DNA from: Candidatus Krumholzibacteriota bacterium
GTDB lineage: Bacteria; Krumholzibacteriota; Krumholzibacteriia; JAJRXK01
Assembly (NCBI GenBank): GCA_963806035.1
Contig: CAWDWO010000026.1
Location: 128,001 to 192,000, forward strand
Length of the DNA stretch: 64,000 bases
Direction of reading: 5' to 3'
The position numbers and the translations under genes are program-made. Below the pieces are notes generated by a model. The model saw only the letters and a list, made by a program, of their open reading frames with translations. It searched no databases and was not told the DNA's origin. This document shows positions 1 through 9,570 of this stretch, one piece after another; the stretch's first letter is position 1, and every line of letters begins with the position of its first letter.

Positions 1-672
1 ATGGCGGAGACTCTTCCTCTGAGCACGCAGCGGCAGATGACCTTACTCGGCCCCTCGCACGCCGAAGAAGTCGCGCGTCAGCTTCCCACCGCGGTGGTTC
101 TTTCCGGGGGGGAGGCGGAGCGCGCCAAGCGTGTGCAGGAAGCGCTTTCGACCAACTGGTTGAGGATTTACACGAACGACGATCAGGCGGGCACCGAATA
201 CGCCGCGGCGCTGAAGAACATCTTGGCCATCGCGGCCGGAATGTGCGACGGGCTCGGTTTGGGAGACAACACCAAGGGCGCGCTTCTCACGCGCGGTTTG
301 GCCGAGATCTCCCGGCTGGGAGTGGCGCTCGGCGGACGCAGCGAGACTTTCTACGGACTCTCCGGCGTGGGCGACGTGATCACCACCTGTCTGAGCCGTC
401 ACTCGCGCAATCGCGCGCTGGGGGAGAGAGTCGCCAGGGGCGAGAGCCTCGGCAGCGCCATGGACGCCATCGGACAGACGGTGGAGGGAGTGAGCACGGT
501 GCGCACCACTGTCGCTCTGGCCGAGAAGCACCAGGTCAAGATGCCCATCAGTCGCCAGGTGCTTGCCGTGCTCGACGAGGGCAAGGACCCGAGCCGTGCC
601 ATCGATGAACTCATGGGACGAGCCCTGCGTTCCGAAAGAGAAATTGCATCCGCGAAGAGGAGGGGGTCATGA
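1..672 (+). CDS. gpsA: NAD(P)H-dependent glycerol-3-phosphate dehydrogenase, 5'-truncated by window edge
   Basis: LKNILAIAAG, GLSGVGDVITTC and SRHSRNR motifs of the GpsA C-terminal domain. Confidence 0.95.
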   Translation: MAETLPLSTQRQMTLLGPSHAEEVARQLPTAVVLSGGEAERAKRVQEALSTNWLRIYTNDDQAGTEYAAALKNILAIAAGMCDGLGLGDNTKGALLTRGLAEISRLGVALGGRSETFYGLSGVGDVITTCLSRHSRNRALGERVARGESLGSAMDAIGQTVEGVSTVRTTVALAEKHQVKMPISRQVLAVLDEGKDPSRAIDELMGRALRSEREIASAKRRGS

Positions 673-1034
673 ACGCCGAGCTTCCGGAGAAGCTCTACTA
701 CAGCATCAGTGAGGTGGCCAAGATGACCGGGGTGAAGCCGCACGTGCTTCGCTACTGGGAGGCGGAGTTCCCGACCCTGCGCCCCAAGAAGAACCGCGCC
801 GGCAACCGCAGCTACCGCCAGCGCGACATCGACGAACTGAAGGCCATCAAGCACCTCCTCTACGAGGAGGGCTACAAGATCGACGGAGCGCGGCGCATCC
901 TCGCCGACCGCGAGGCACGCGAGGAAGCGGTGGGACCCAAGCCCCCCAAGAAGGACCCCCGCGACGCGTTGATCGAGGAGCTGCGCCAGGGACTCAAAGA
1001 AATCCTTCAGGTGATCGACGAACTGAAGTCCTGA
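669..1034 (+). CDS. MerR-family transcriptional regulator
   Basis: KLYYSISEVA...PHVLRYWE...RSYRQRD MerR HTH; typical position before tRNA-Pro(GGG). Confidence 0.92.
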   Translation: MNAELPEKLYYSISEVAKMTGVKPHVLRYWEAEFPTLRPKKNRAGNRSYRQRDIDELKAIKHLLYEEGYKIDGARRILADREAREEAVGPKPPKKDPRDALIEELRQGLKEILQVIDELKS

Positions 1035-1056
1035 GAGGGAGTTGGCTGCGCCGAGC

Positions 1057-1084
1057 TTGCATTCGGCGGGGCCTATGGTATCTT
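1057..1084 (+). promoter_or_regulatory. Putative σ70 promoter of tRNA-Pro
   Basis: TTGCAT-N16-TATCTT with TG before the -10. Confidence 0.5.
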
Positions 1085-1116
1085 TGCTCTCCCCTGGCGT
1101 CTTCTCAACGTCTGGT

Positions 1117-1193
1117 CGGGGCGTGGCGCAGTCCGGTAGCGCACTTGCATGGGGGGTAAGTGGTCGCTGGTTCAAATCCAGTCGCCCCGACCA
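1117..1193 (+). tRNA. tRNA-Pro(GGG)
   Basis: CGGGGCG acceptor stem, CTTGC-ATGGGGG-GTAAG anticodon arm, GTTCAAATC T-loop, encoded CCA. Confidence 0.95.
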
Positions 1194-1222
1194 AGCATTT
1201 CTCTCGCCGTCGATCGCGTCCC

Positions 1223-2071
1223 TTGCTCACCTGGATCCTCTACCTCAGTGCGGGATGGTTGAGCGGGCGCCTGCCGCGCTGGCTGGGCCTGAAGATCACC
1301 TTCTGGGTGGCGGTGATTTTCCGTTGGACGCATCCGCAAACCGTGCGAATCGTGGAGCACAATCTCGAGGGGATCGAGAGGGCCATGGGCCGTCCTTACG
1401 ACCCGCTCATGGTTCCCGAGGTCTTCGACGCCTTCGCGCGATCGGTCTACGAATTCGTGAGTCTTCCGCACCGCAGCACCACCGAGATCCTGCAACGCTA
1501 CCGCGTGGTTCGTGGGGAGGAGTTCCTGCATCGCCGCTTGGGGGAGGGGCTTCTCATCCTCTCGGCCCATCTGGCGGGCTGGGAGATGGGAGGCGCGTGG
1601 CTGGCGGAAAATCTCGGCCCCTTTCACACCGTCGCGCTCGAGCATCCTTCCAAAAAAGTGACGGAGTACTTCACGCAACGGCGCGCGCAGCGTGGCATCA
1701 TCGTTCATCCTCTGGGAAGATCGTACCGGCCTCTTCTGGAAGCACTGCAACGCGGGGAGACGGTGGTTCTGCTCTGCGACCGCAATTTCGCCTCGGGGGG
1801 GACGAGCGTGGAATTTTTCGGGCGTGAGGCCAAGTTCCCCGACGGCTATCTGAGACTGGCGCGTGAATCCGGCGCGCGAATCCTGCCGATCTTCGCCCGC
1901 CGCGTGGGAAGTTCGACCGAACTGAGGATCGAAGAGCCCCTGCGAGTAGAAGAGGGGGGCGAGGGGGAATGCTTGCGGAAGATCGTCGGTCTGCTCGAAA
2001 AGCACGTGGGCAGAAATCCCGAACAGTGGGCGCGCTTTACCCCGATCTGGGAGGAGGAGAGCGATGAGTGA
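1223..2071 (+). CDS. Lipid A/lysophospholipid acyltransferase (LpxL/PatA-like)
   Basis: LSAHLAGWE, LLCDR, VEFFG and PEQW motifs; TTG start after the tRNA chosen because the ORF-track start lies inside the tRNA. Confidence 0.85.
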   Translation: MLTWILYLSAGWLSGRLPRWLGLKITFWVAVIFRWTHPQTVRIVEHNLEGIERAMGRPYDPLMVPEVFDAFARSVYEFVSLPHRSTTEILQRYRVVRGEEFLHRRLGEGLLILSAHLAGWEMGGAWLAENLGPFHTVALEHPSKKVTEYFTQRRAQRGIIVHPLGRSYRPLLEALQRGETVVLLCDRNFASGGTSVEFFGREAKFPDGYLRLARESGARILPIFARRVGSSTELRIEEPLRVEEGGEGECLRKIVGLLEKHVGRNPEQWARFTPIWEEESDE

Positions 2072-2771
2072 TCCGGTGCTCGCGATTCTTCCTGCCTACA
2101 ACGTGGCCCGCCATCTTCCCGAACTCCTGCCGCGCATCCTCAAACTCACGCCCGCGGTACAAGCCCTCGTGGTCGACGATGGCTCGAACGATCAGAGCGC
2201 GGAGGTGGCACGAAAGCTGGGCGCGGAGGTGGTGGTGCACCCGAGGAACCTGGGCAAGGGCGAGGCTCTCAAGACGGGCTTCGCCTACCTGCTGGAAGGA
2301 GCTTATCGGGCCTGCATCACCCTCGACGCCGACGGCCAGCATCTCCCCGAGGAGATCCCGCGCTTTTTGAGCGCTTGGGAAGGGGGAGCCCTGGTGGTGG
2401 TGGGCAACCGCATGGCGGAGAACGAGAGGATGCCCTGGCTCAGAAAACGCACCAACGAGGTGATGTCCCACATCGTCAGTGCTCTGGCCTCACAGCGAAT
2501 CGACGATTCGCAGTGCGGATTCCGTCTCATCGACGCCCGCGTGCTGCGCGCGATGCACCTCGAATCCAGCCGCTACGATCTTGAATCCGAGATCTTGATC
2601 AAGGCCGGGCGCTTGGGCTACCCTGTGGCCTCCGTGGCGATCAGTACGGTGTATCATGACGAAGAGAGCTCCATCCATCCCCTGGTGGACACGGTTCGAT
2701 TCTTGAGGCTCCTCTGGCGCTCCCGGCAGTGGATTCGCAAACCCGGAGAACAGACCGCCGGACCGAAGTAG
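2064..2771 (+). CDS. GT2 glycosyltransferase (Dpm1-like)
   Basis: PAYN, VVDDGS, NLGKG, LDADGQH and DSQCGFR motifs. Confidence 0.92.
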   Translation: MSDPVLAILPAYNVARHLPELLPRILKLTPAVQALVVDDGSNDQSAEVARKLGAEVVVHPRNLGKGEALKTGFAYLLEGAYRACITLDADGQHLPEEIPRFLSAWEGGALVVVGNRMAENERMPWLRKRTNEVMSHIVSALASQRIDDSQCGFRLIDARVLRAMHLESSRYDLESEILIKAGRLGYPVASVAISTVYHDEESSIHPLVDTVRFLRLLWRSRQWIRKPGEQTAGPK

Positions 2772-2785
2772 CGCGAGGCACGTTC

Positions 2786-3556
2786 ATGCACATTCTTCTC
2801 ACCAACGATGACGGCATCCACGCCGAAGGACTGCGGCGCCTGGAGGCGGGACTCAAGGAATCGATGCCCAATGCGCGCATCTCGGTCTGCGCGCCCGACC
2901 GCGAACAGAGCGCGAGTTCCCATGCCCTGACTCTCACCTCGCCTCTGCGCATCACTCGTCACGGGAAGGACAAGTACTCCGTGACGGGCACGCCGACCGA
3001 CTGCGTCTTGCTCGCCCTGCGCGCGATCTTCGAGGACGAACTGCCCGAGCTCGTCATCTCCGGAATCAACCACGGCCCGAACATGGGGGAGGACATCCTC
3101 TACAGCGGCACCGTCGCGGCCGCGATGGAGGGGACCATCTGTGGGCTGCCCAGCATCGCGCTCTCCTTGGGATCGAGAGGCTTGAGCGAGGAAGAATTCG
3201 AGACGGCGGATCACCTGGTCCGCGAAATCCTTCCTCAGTGGCTCGAGCGCGGACTGCAGGGTCAGATGCTCTTGAACGTGAACGTTCCCGCCAAACCACT
3301 CAGCGCGGTCAAGGGAATGCGCGTGTGCAAGCTGGGCTCGAGAATCTACCAGGATGTGATCACTCGTAAGGTGGATCCGCGCGGCAAGGAATACTTCTGG
3401 ATCGGAGGCGACCCGCTTCCCCAGAGCGATGACGAGAGCACCGACTTCGGTCTTCTGAGTTCGGGTTGGATCACGGTGACCCCTCTGCACCTCGACATGA
3501 CCGATTACAAGGCCATGGTTCAGGGGGAGGATTTGGTGCGCGCATGGCCGAAGTGA
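2786..3556 (+). CDS. surE: 5'/3'-nucleotidase SurE
   Basis: ILLTNDDG, SGINHGPN and YSGTVAAA motifs. Confidence 0.97.
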   Translation: MHILLTNDDGIHAEGLRRLEAGLKESMPNARISVCAPDREQSASSHALTLTSPLRITRHGKDKYSVTGTPTDCVLLALRAIFEDELPELVISGINHGPNMGEDILYSGTVAAAMEGTICGLPSIALSLGSRGLSEEEFETADHLVREILPQWLERGLQGQMLLNVNVPAKPLSAVKGMRVCKLGSRIYQDVITRKVDPRGKEYFWIGGDPLPQSDDESTDFGLLSSGWITVTPLHLDMTDYKAMVQGEDLVRAWPK

Positions 3557-4203
3557 ATTCCTTCGCCCGCGAACGTTTCAGCATGATCGAGCATCAGCTG
3601 CGCGGACAGGGCATCAGCGACGAACGCGTTCTTCAGGCGATGGGACGCTTGCCCCGGCATCGCTTCCTGCCACCGGAGCAGTGGGGTGAGGCCTACGCGC
3701 CGCGCGCGATTCCGATCGCGCAGCAGCAGACTCTCAGTCAGCCCTTCATCGTGGCCACCATGACGCAAGCTCTCGCGCTGCGCGGAGGGGAGAGGGTGCT
3801 GGAGATCGGGACCGGCAGCGGATACCAGGCCGCGGTGCTCGCTCTGCTCGGCGCCAGAGTGTACAGCGTGGAACGCCACGCGAGTTTGGCGCAGCGGGCG
3901 CGCGAAGTTCTCGACGAACTCGAGATTCCCGGCATCGAGTTGAGCATCGGCGACGGGAGTCTGGGTTGGCCCGAGGAGGCGCCTTTCGACGGCATCCTGG
4001 TGACGGCCGCCGCCCCCGCGCTGCCCGGCGCATTGCTGAAGCAGCTGGCCGATCCGGGTCGACTGGTGGCCCCGGTGGGCAACCAGCACCTCCAGACGCT
4101 GGTCATCGTGCGGCGCGAGAACGGAGAGGACGCGCAGGAGCAGGGCTGCGCCTGCCGCTTCGTTCCGCTTTTGGGGGAGGGAGGATTCGCCGGTGAAGAG
4201 TGA
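3553..4203 (+). CDS. pcm: Protein-L-isoaspartate O-methyltransferase
   Basis: QTLSQP, VLEIGTGSGY, GDGSLGW and RFVPL motifs; GTGA overlap with the surE stop. Confidence 0.95.
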   Translation: MNSFARERFSMIEHQLRGQGISDERVLQAMGRLPRHRFLPPEQWGEAYAPRAIPIAQQQTLSQPFIVATMTQALALRGGERVLEIGTGSGYQAAVLALLGARVYSVERHASLAQRAREVLDELEIPGIELSIGDGSLGWPEEAPFDGILVTAAAPALPGALLKQLADPGRLVAPVGNQHLQTLVIVRRENGEDAQEQGCACRFVPLLGEGGFAGEE

Positions 4204-4678
4204 GATTCTCACCTGGGCCGCGCATCTGCCCCAGCCTCTCTCCACCGTCATCGTGGCCGCTTTGCCCATTCTGGAGTTGCGAGGTTCGATTCCCTGGGCC
4301 ATCGGGGTGGGGGGGCTCTCGCCGCTCTCGGCCTACCTCTGGTCGGTGCTGGGCAACATGATTCCCATCCCCTTTTGGCTCTTACTCTTGGGGCGCATTG
4401 AAAAGAGTTTGCGGCGCTTTGAGTGGTTTGATAAGTTCTTTTGCTGGCTGTTCGCCCGCACCCGACGCAAGGCCAGCATGGTGGAGCGCCACGGCGCCTG
4501 GGGCCTCATACTCTTCGTCGCGGTGCCGCTGCCGGTGACGGGGGCATGGACGGGAGCGATCGCGGCTTATCTTTTTGATCTTTCGCCGCGCCGGGCACTT
4601 CCCGCCATCTTGGCGGGTGTCTGTTGCGCGGGAATCGTCGTAACCTTGACGGTGCAGGGGATCATCCACATTTGGTAG
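4193..4678 (+). CDS. COG2426 small multidrug-export-like membrane protein
   Basis: PILELRGSIP and FVAVPLPVTGAWTG signatures. Confidence 0.85.
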   Translation: MKSEILTWAAHLPQPLSTVIVAALPILELRGSIPWAIGVGGLSPLSAYLWSVLGNMIPIPFWLLLLGRIEKSLRRFEWFDKFFCWLFARTRRKASMVERHGAWGLILFVAVPLPVTGAWTGAIAAYLFDLSPRRALPAILAGVCCAGIVVTLTVQGIIHIW

Positions 4679-4694
4679 GTGAAGAGTTCAGGGT

Positions 4695-4772
<78 letters not shown>

Positions 4773-4788
4773 CGATTCCTTCTTCGCG

Positions 4789-5481
4789 TTGCGCGAGGAC
4801 GAGTTGGTGCTCGGTAGACCTTGGCGACATTCGTTTTTTTCCCTCGTCATTATCGCGTTCGTTGTGGGTGCAGCCGCGCCGAGCCGAGCTGGTGACGAGA
4901 TCTTCGTGCGAGTACGCCGCGGCGATACCCTGTTCAAGATCGCGCGCGCGTTCAATACCACGGTGGGGCAGATCCGTAAGGCGAACCACCTGCAGGGAGA
5001 TCTCATCCGACCTGGAGAGCGCCTGGACTTGGGGGGAGCGGGGGGAGTCAGCAAGAAGCGCACACGACACTTCGAGGGAGAGCTGCCGATCCAGGGAATT
5101 CGCAAGCGTGACATCGTGGCGAGCTTCGGCGAGAAACAGGACGCCCGTCACAAGAGAGTCGTGGAACGCCACACCGGGCTCGATCTGCGCGCCCGCGAAG
5201 GCACGCAGATTCTGGCCTGCGCCAACGGTGTCGTTCGCTTCGTCGGCGACCTCAGCGGCTACGGTCGGCTGGTGGTGCTGGAACACGACGGAGGATGGCG
5301 CAGCGTCTATGGACCGTGCGATCCCAATCACATCAAGGTCGAAGTGAACGAGGCGGTCTACGCGGGACAGGAATTGGCGCGACTCGGCCAAGGAGTCGAG
5401 CGCAGCAAGCCCGCGCTGCACTTCGAAATTCGCAGGGGCGAGCAAGCGGTCGACCCCGCGCAGCACCTGCGTTGGAATTGA
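4789..5481 (+). CDS. LysM + M23 peptidase (NlpD-like)
   Basis: VRRGDTLFKIA LysM; HTGLD and LHFEIR M23 motifs; start uncertain. Confidence 0.88.
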   Translation: MREDELVLGRPWRHSFFSLVIIAFVVGAAAPSRAGDEIFVRVRRGDTLFKIARAFNTTVGQIRKANHLQGDLIRPGERLDLGGAGGVSKKRTRHFEGELPIQGIRKRDIVASFGEKQDARHKRVVERHTGLDLRAREGTQILACANGVVRFVGDLSGYGRLVVLEHDGGWRSVYGPCDPNHIKVEVNEAVYAGQELARLGQGVERSKPALHFEIRRGEQAVDPAQHLRWN

Positions 5482-5498
5482 GAGTCCGGGAGGGAAGC

Positions 5499-6011
5499 AT
5501 GGATCTGCGCGACTACATCCAGGAGATTCCCGACTTCCCCAAGCCGGGGATTCTCTTTCGCGACATCACGCCGCTCTTGAACGCGCCGGAGGCCTTTCGC
5601 GCGTGTATCGCGCGCTTCGAGCAGCGCTACCAATCCGGGAGGATCGACCGCGTGCTGGGAGTGGAGAGCCGCGGCTTTCTCTTCGGCGCTCCGCTGGCTC
5701 TCGCTCTGGGCGTGGGCTTCGTGCCGGTGCGCAAGCAGGGCAAGCTGCCGCAAACGACGCTGCAGCGCAGCTACGACTTGGAGTATGGCAGCGCCACCCT
5801 GGAGATCCATCGTGATGCCCTCAAGCGCGGCGAGAGGGTGGTCGTGATGGACGATCTCCTGGCCACCGGTGGCACGGCGCGTGCCGCGGCCGAGCTGGTC
5901 GAGGAGGCCGGAGCCAAGGTGGAGGAGTTGGCCTTCGTCATCGAACTGGCCGGACTGGGGGGGAGGCAGCAGCTTTCCTGGCCGGTCCACACCCTGCTGG
6001 TCTATGACTAG
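5499..6011 (+). CDS. apt: Adenine phosphoribosyltransferase
   Basis: PDFPKPGILFRDIT, ESRGF and DDLLATGGT motifs. Confidence 0.97.
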   Translation: MDLRDYIQEIPDFPKPGILFRDITPLLNAPEAFRACIARFEQRYQSGRIDRVLGVESRGFLFGAPLALALGVGFVPVRKQGKLPQTTLQRSYDLEYGSATLEIHRDALKRGERVVVMDDLLATGGTARAAAELVEEAGAKVEELAFVIELAGLGGRQQLSWPVHTLLVYD

Positions 6012-6027
6012 CCAGGGCGCGCTTTGA

Positions 6028-6101
6028 GCCCCAGTAGCTCAGGTGGATAGAGCACAGGTTTCCTAAACCTGGTGTCGCAGGTTCGAGTCCTGCCTGGGGC
6101 A
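6028..6101 (+). tRNA. tRNA-Arg(CCT)
   Basis: CAGGT-TTCCTAA-ACCTG anticodon arm, GTTCGAGTC; CCA not encoded. Confidence 0.95.
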
Positions 6102-6127
6102 GACTGATTTTCGGCGGAGGGGCCATC

Positions 6128-6156
6128 TTGACCGCTTCCGCAAGACCCACTACTCT
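6128..6156 (+). promoter_or_regulatory. Putative σ70 promoter
   Basis: TTGACC-N17-TACTCT, 60 bp upstream of the TPR gene. Confidence 0.55.
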
Positions 6157-6215
6157 TCCACGGATCGCGTGGAACGCAAAGAATGGCCGGCGCTTAGGCC
6201 GGGGAGGTTGAAACC

Positions 6216-6896
6216 GTGGCGAAGGGCAAGTTCACCAAGCAGGAACTTCGGCATGACGCGTTTTCTGAAAACGTGGCAAAGGGTTATAGCTATCTTCAGA
6301 CCAATTTTCTGAAGGTGTTTCTCGCCGTGGTGCTGGTGGCGGTCGTCGTTTTGGGGACCGTCTACTTTCGCCAGAGCCAGATGCACAGCAGCCAGGAGGC
6401 CTCCCATCTCCTGGCGCAGGCCGCGACCCAGTACAATTCCACTTCCTACAGCGAGTGCCTGCTCACGGTGGAAGATCTCATCCAGCGCTTCGGCAGCCGC
6501 AAAGAGGGAAAGACAGCCCTGTACTACGCCGGCGCCAGCCACCTGGCCCTGGGCGAGAACGAGGCTGCGATCAAGAGCTTTCGTGAGTATCTCGAAAGGA
6601 AGCCGGACGGCTTCTACGCGCACAGCGCCCAGTCTGGCTTGGGCCTTGCTCTGGAAGGTGCCGGGCAGAACCAGGAGGCCCTCGCGCAGTTCGACGCGCT
6701 CTTGAAGCAGCTGAAGCCCGACGACTTCCTCTACACCTCGACCGCCTTCGCGGAAGCGCGGGTGCTGGAGAAAATGGGGCAGCGCGAGCAGGCCATCACC
6801 GTGCTTCTGCCGCTGTCGCGTAGCTCGGACTTTCAGACCAAGCAGGAAGCCAACACCAAGATCCAGGTCCTGAGAGCGCAGATCAGCAATTCCTAA
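6216..6896 (+). CDS. Membrane-anchored TPR protein (YfgM-like)
   Basis: TKQELRHD N-terminus, one TM helix, TPR-like repeats. Confidence 0.75.
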   Translation: MAKGKFTKQELRHDAFSENVAKGYSYLQTNFLKVFLAVVLVAVVVLGTVYFRQSQMHSSQEASHLLAQAATQYNSTSYSECLLTVEDLIQRFGSRKEGKTALYYAGASHLALGENEAAIKSFREYLERKPDGFYAHSAQSGLGLALEGAGQNQEALAQFDALLKQLKPDDFLYTSTAFAEARVLEKMGQREQAITVLLPLSRSSDFQTKQEANTKIQVLRAQISNS

Positions 6897-6947
6897 GCGT
6901 CAGAGCGTCGCGCCCCTGGCGCGCGCCAGGCCGGGAGGAAACGCAGG

Positions 6948-7328
6948 ATGACCGATCAGGAAGCCACGAGCTCAACTCCCATGGGCGAGACCAAACAGCG
7001 CTGGCTGGCCGCCATCGCGTATCTGGGACCCGTTTCACTCTTCTCTTTGAGCCGCAAGAACAAGCCCGCCTTCCTACGCGACCACGCGCGCCAGGCCTTC
7101 GCGCTCTTTCTGGTGGAAGCCGCGGTGATCTGCTTTCTCATCATCGTGAGCAACACGGTGGGGAGGATCCCCGTGCTGGGCTTCCTGGTGGAGATCCTGC
7201 TCGAGCTGGTCGCCTTCGCGTCCTTCCTCATCCTGAGCATCCTGGGCTTCGTGAAGGCCCTGGCCGGGGAGAGCTTCGGCATCCCGGTGCTCGAGGACTA
7301 CGCCGAGAAGATCCCGGCCGGCGACTGA
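6948..7328 (+). CDS. DUF4870-like membrane protein
   Basis: AAIAYL, HARQA and KALAGE-x-F-x-IP patterns; 3 TM segments. Confidence 0.7.
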   Translation: MTDQEATSSTPMGETKQRWLAAIAYLGPVSLFSLSRKNKPAFLRDHARQAFALFLVEAAVICFLIIVSNTVGRIPVLGFLVEILLELVAFASFLILSILGFVKALAGESFGIPVLEDYAEKIPAGD

Positions 7329-7406
7329 AGAGACCCCGCACACGGCAAATACGATCAGAGGGGGGATTCGAGGGTCTCGGGTCCGTGCCCGTGCGCTTCC
7401 TGTATA

Positions 7407-7434
7407 ATTGCGCATAAGATGCATTATGTTAACT
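7407..7434. other. dif: dif site (XerC/XerD chromosome dimer resolution)
   Basis: ATTGCGCATAA-GATGCA-TTATGTTAACT versus E. coli GGTGCGCATAA-TGTATA-TTATGTTAAAT; AT-rich gap at the gene-strand switch. Confidence 0.92.
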
Positions 7435-7454
7435 TCCGCATCAGATACAAAGGA

Positions 7455-7476
7455 AGGGAGATTCGCCGATCTCCCT
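7455..7476 (-). terminator. Hairpin between convergent genes, probable trxA terminator
   Basis: AGGGAGAT/ATCTCCCT 8-bp stem followed by TCCTTT on -. Confidence 0.5.
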
Positions 7477-7533
7477 CCCCAACTGCCTAATTTTCAATGA
7501 GTTTCTAAACTCAGTGCCGGTCGAATCTCAAGC

Positions 7534-7860
7534 TCAACCCGCATGGCGCTGGATGGTCTGGAGGATCTTGTCCTTGGGCACCGCGCCCACGACCTGTTCC
7601 ACCACTTTGCCGTCCTTGAAGAACAACAAGGTCGGGATGCTCATGATGCTGAACTGTCCGGCGAGTTGTTGGTTCTCGTCGACGTTCACCTTGGCGACCT
7701 TGACCGTCCCATCCTGCTCCTTGGCGATCTCCTCCAGGACGGGTCCGATGATGCGGCACGGGCCACACCACGGGGCCCAGAAATCGACGATGACCAGGCC
7801 GGAGGCCTGCTGAACCTCGGCCGCAAAGCTCTTGGTGTCGACCGCGACTGGTGCTGCCAT
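7534..7860 (-). CDS. trxA: Thioredoxin
   Basis: VDFWAPWCGPC and SIPTL motifs. Confidence 0.97.
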   Translation of the reverse strand: MAAPVAVDTKSFAAEVQQASGLVIVDFWAPWCGPCRIIGPVLEEIAKEQDGTVKVAKVNVDENQQLAGQFSIMSIPTLLFFKDGKVVEQVVGAVPKDKILQTIQRHAG

Positions 7861-7931
7861 GGAGCTACTCCTATCCCCTAGATAGTACTCTATGGGACCG
7901 ATTCGGAAGCGACGATCCCAACGATGCGGCC

Positions 7932-7959
7932 AAGGTACGGCTAAGGGCCCGATTGTCAA
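7932..7959 (-). promoter_or_regulatory. Putative σ70 promoter of trxA
   Basis: TTGACA-N16-TACCTT on -. Confidence 0.55.
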
Positions 7960-8999
7960 GTTTTGCGGGGTTTCGCGGGCGGAAGCGATTCCACGGCCCA
8001 GCTCAGGAGGGCCAGATCGTAGGACAAGGTGGCCCCCAGGCGCGAGGACTTGGCGCGGCGGTCGGCGCGGCGCATGTGCTTCAGCGTGCCGCGCAGCTGC
8101 TCGAAGGAGGAGGCCCGGGCCAGAGCCTCCAGACGGCGCGCCTGCCAGGGGGGAAGGCCCAGGCGGCGCGCGGCGGAGCTTGCATCCTCCCCCTCGTCCA
8201 GCGCGGCCCTGAAGGAGGCCAGTTGGCGTAGACGCCAGCTGAGGATGGCAGCGGTCCCGATGGGATCCCCCCCTCCCACACGCACCTTGGTCCAGGCGCG
8301 CAACGCGGGCAGGGGATCGTTCGAACTCAAGAGATCGGCCACCGCGAAGGCGTCGAGGTCGCGCGAGCGTGCCACCAGCAGTCGCACTTCCTCCGGGCCG
8401 ATTTCGGCCTCGCCCTCCTGCAGAAGCGCCAGCTTCTCCAGCTCGGTCTGGAGTTCTCCGAGGTCATCGCCCACCAGATCGACGAGTTCTTCGACCCCAT
8501 TGCGGGAGAGCTTGAGCGCGAGGTTCGCGGCCTGCCGCGCCACCTGCGTGAAGATGGCGCTGCCGCGCAGGGTATCGAAGTCGACCGCGCAGCCCGCCTT
8601 TGCGCAGGCGCTGGTAAACTTCAGGCGCTTGTCGAGTTTGGCGCTGGTGAAGACGAGAACCGTGCTCGCAACCGGCGAATCCAGGTACTGCAGCAGGCCA
8701 TCCAGCGCGGCGCCGGAGGGCAGCGCTTCGGCGTGGCGCACCCAGACGAAACGCTTGCTTCCAAACATGGGATAGGCGGATGCGGCCTCGACGATGCTCG
8801 ATGGAAGGCACTCGTCGGCCTGCAGAACCTGCGCGTTGAACTCGGCGGACTGCGGGTCGAGAACCTTTTCCTTCAGCCAGAGCGCGGTGCGTTCGGCGCG
8901 CCAGGTGTCCGGCCCGGCCAGAAGATACACCGGCGCCGGATCGTTCTTGGCGAGGGTGCTCTTGAGTTCGGCCGGGGTGAGAATCTTCGCGCTCGCCAT
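7956..8999 (-). CDS. holA: DNA polymerase III delta subunit
   Basis: PVYLLAG, YPMFGSKRFV, LDKRLK and ELEKL motifs; follows lptE. Confidence 0.9.
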   Translation of the reverse strand: MASAKILTPAELKSTLAKNDPAPVYLLAGPDTWRAERTALWLKEKVLDPQSAEFNAQVLQADECLPSSIVEAASAYPMFGSKRFVWVRHAEALPSGAALDGLLQYLDSPVASTVLVFTSAKLDKRLKFTSACAKAGCAVDFDTLRGSAIFTQVARQAANLALKLSRNGVEELVDLVGDDLGELQTELEKLALLQEGEAEIGPEEVRLLVARSRDLDAFAVADLLSSNDPLPALRAWTKVRVGGGDPIGTAAILSWRLRQLASFRAALDEGEDASSAARRLGLPPWQARRLEALARASSFEQLRGTLKHMRRADRRAKSSRLGATLSYDLALLSWAVESLPPAKPRKT

Positions 9000-9568
9000 C
9001 ACCACTCCTCGATGACCAACGCGAGGATCGCGCGCACCAATTCGTCCGCCGCTTCCTTGCGCGCGTTCTCCTCGCCCTCGGGCCCTTCGTCGGTGAAGTA
9101 GTCTCCCTTGCCGCGAATCGTGGTCGGTTTGACGATGACGTCGCCGGTCGCGCGATCCACCAAACTCACTTCGCAGGCCACGCGAACTTCATACTCCTGC
9201 GCTTGGCGGTTTTCCGCGAAGAAAACCTCCTGGATCTTGAAGAAGGTGATCTTGCCCAGGATGAGCGCGTCGGCCTGATTCTCTTCGGTGAGTCGCAGGG
9301 TGCGGTCCGCCACGATTCCCGCGATGATCGCATCGGTGAGGCTGACCTCGAGTTCCGGTTCGGTGGTTTCGTTTTCGAAGTAGGGAACGGCGACGCTCTC
9401 CAGCCCCGGCTTCACGCGGCCTGGCGTGAGGCCGTAGCCGCATCCTGAGAGCACGAAAACGAGAAGCAGGATCCAGAGCGGAATGTTTTGCTTCAGGACG
9501 GCGTGCGACCGCGAGCCGCGACGAACCCCCGTCCTTTGCTCGCAGTTGAACACACGCGCGTCTTGCAT
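8999..9568 (-). CDS. lptE: LPS-assembly lipoprotein LptE family
   Basis: LSGCGY lipobox, VAVPYFENET, ADALILGKI; start uncertain. Confidence 0.82.
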   Translation of the reverse strand: MQDARVFNCEQRTGVRRGSRSHAVLKQNIPLWILLLVFVLSGCGYGLTPGRVKPGLESVAVPYFENETTEPELEVSLTDAIIAGIVADRTLRLTEENQADALILGKITFFKIQEVFFAENRQAQEYEVRVACEVSLVDRATGDVIVKPTTIRGKGDYFTDEGPEGEENARKEAADELVRAILALVIEEW

Positions 9569-9570
9569 CG

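Noticed and set aside
1160..1222. Acyltransferase ORF starting inside tRNA-Pro
   Set aside because: Artefact of longest-ORF calling; an in-frame TTG exists at 1223.
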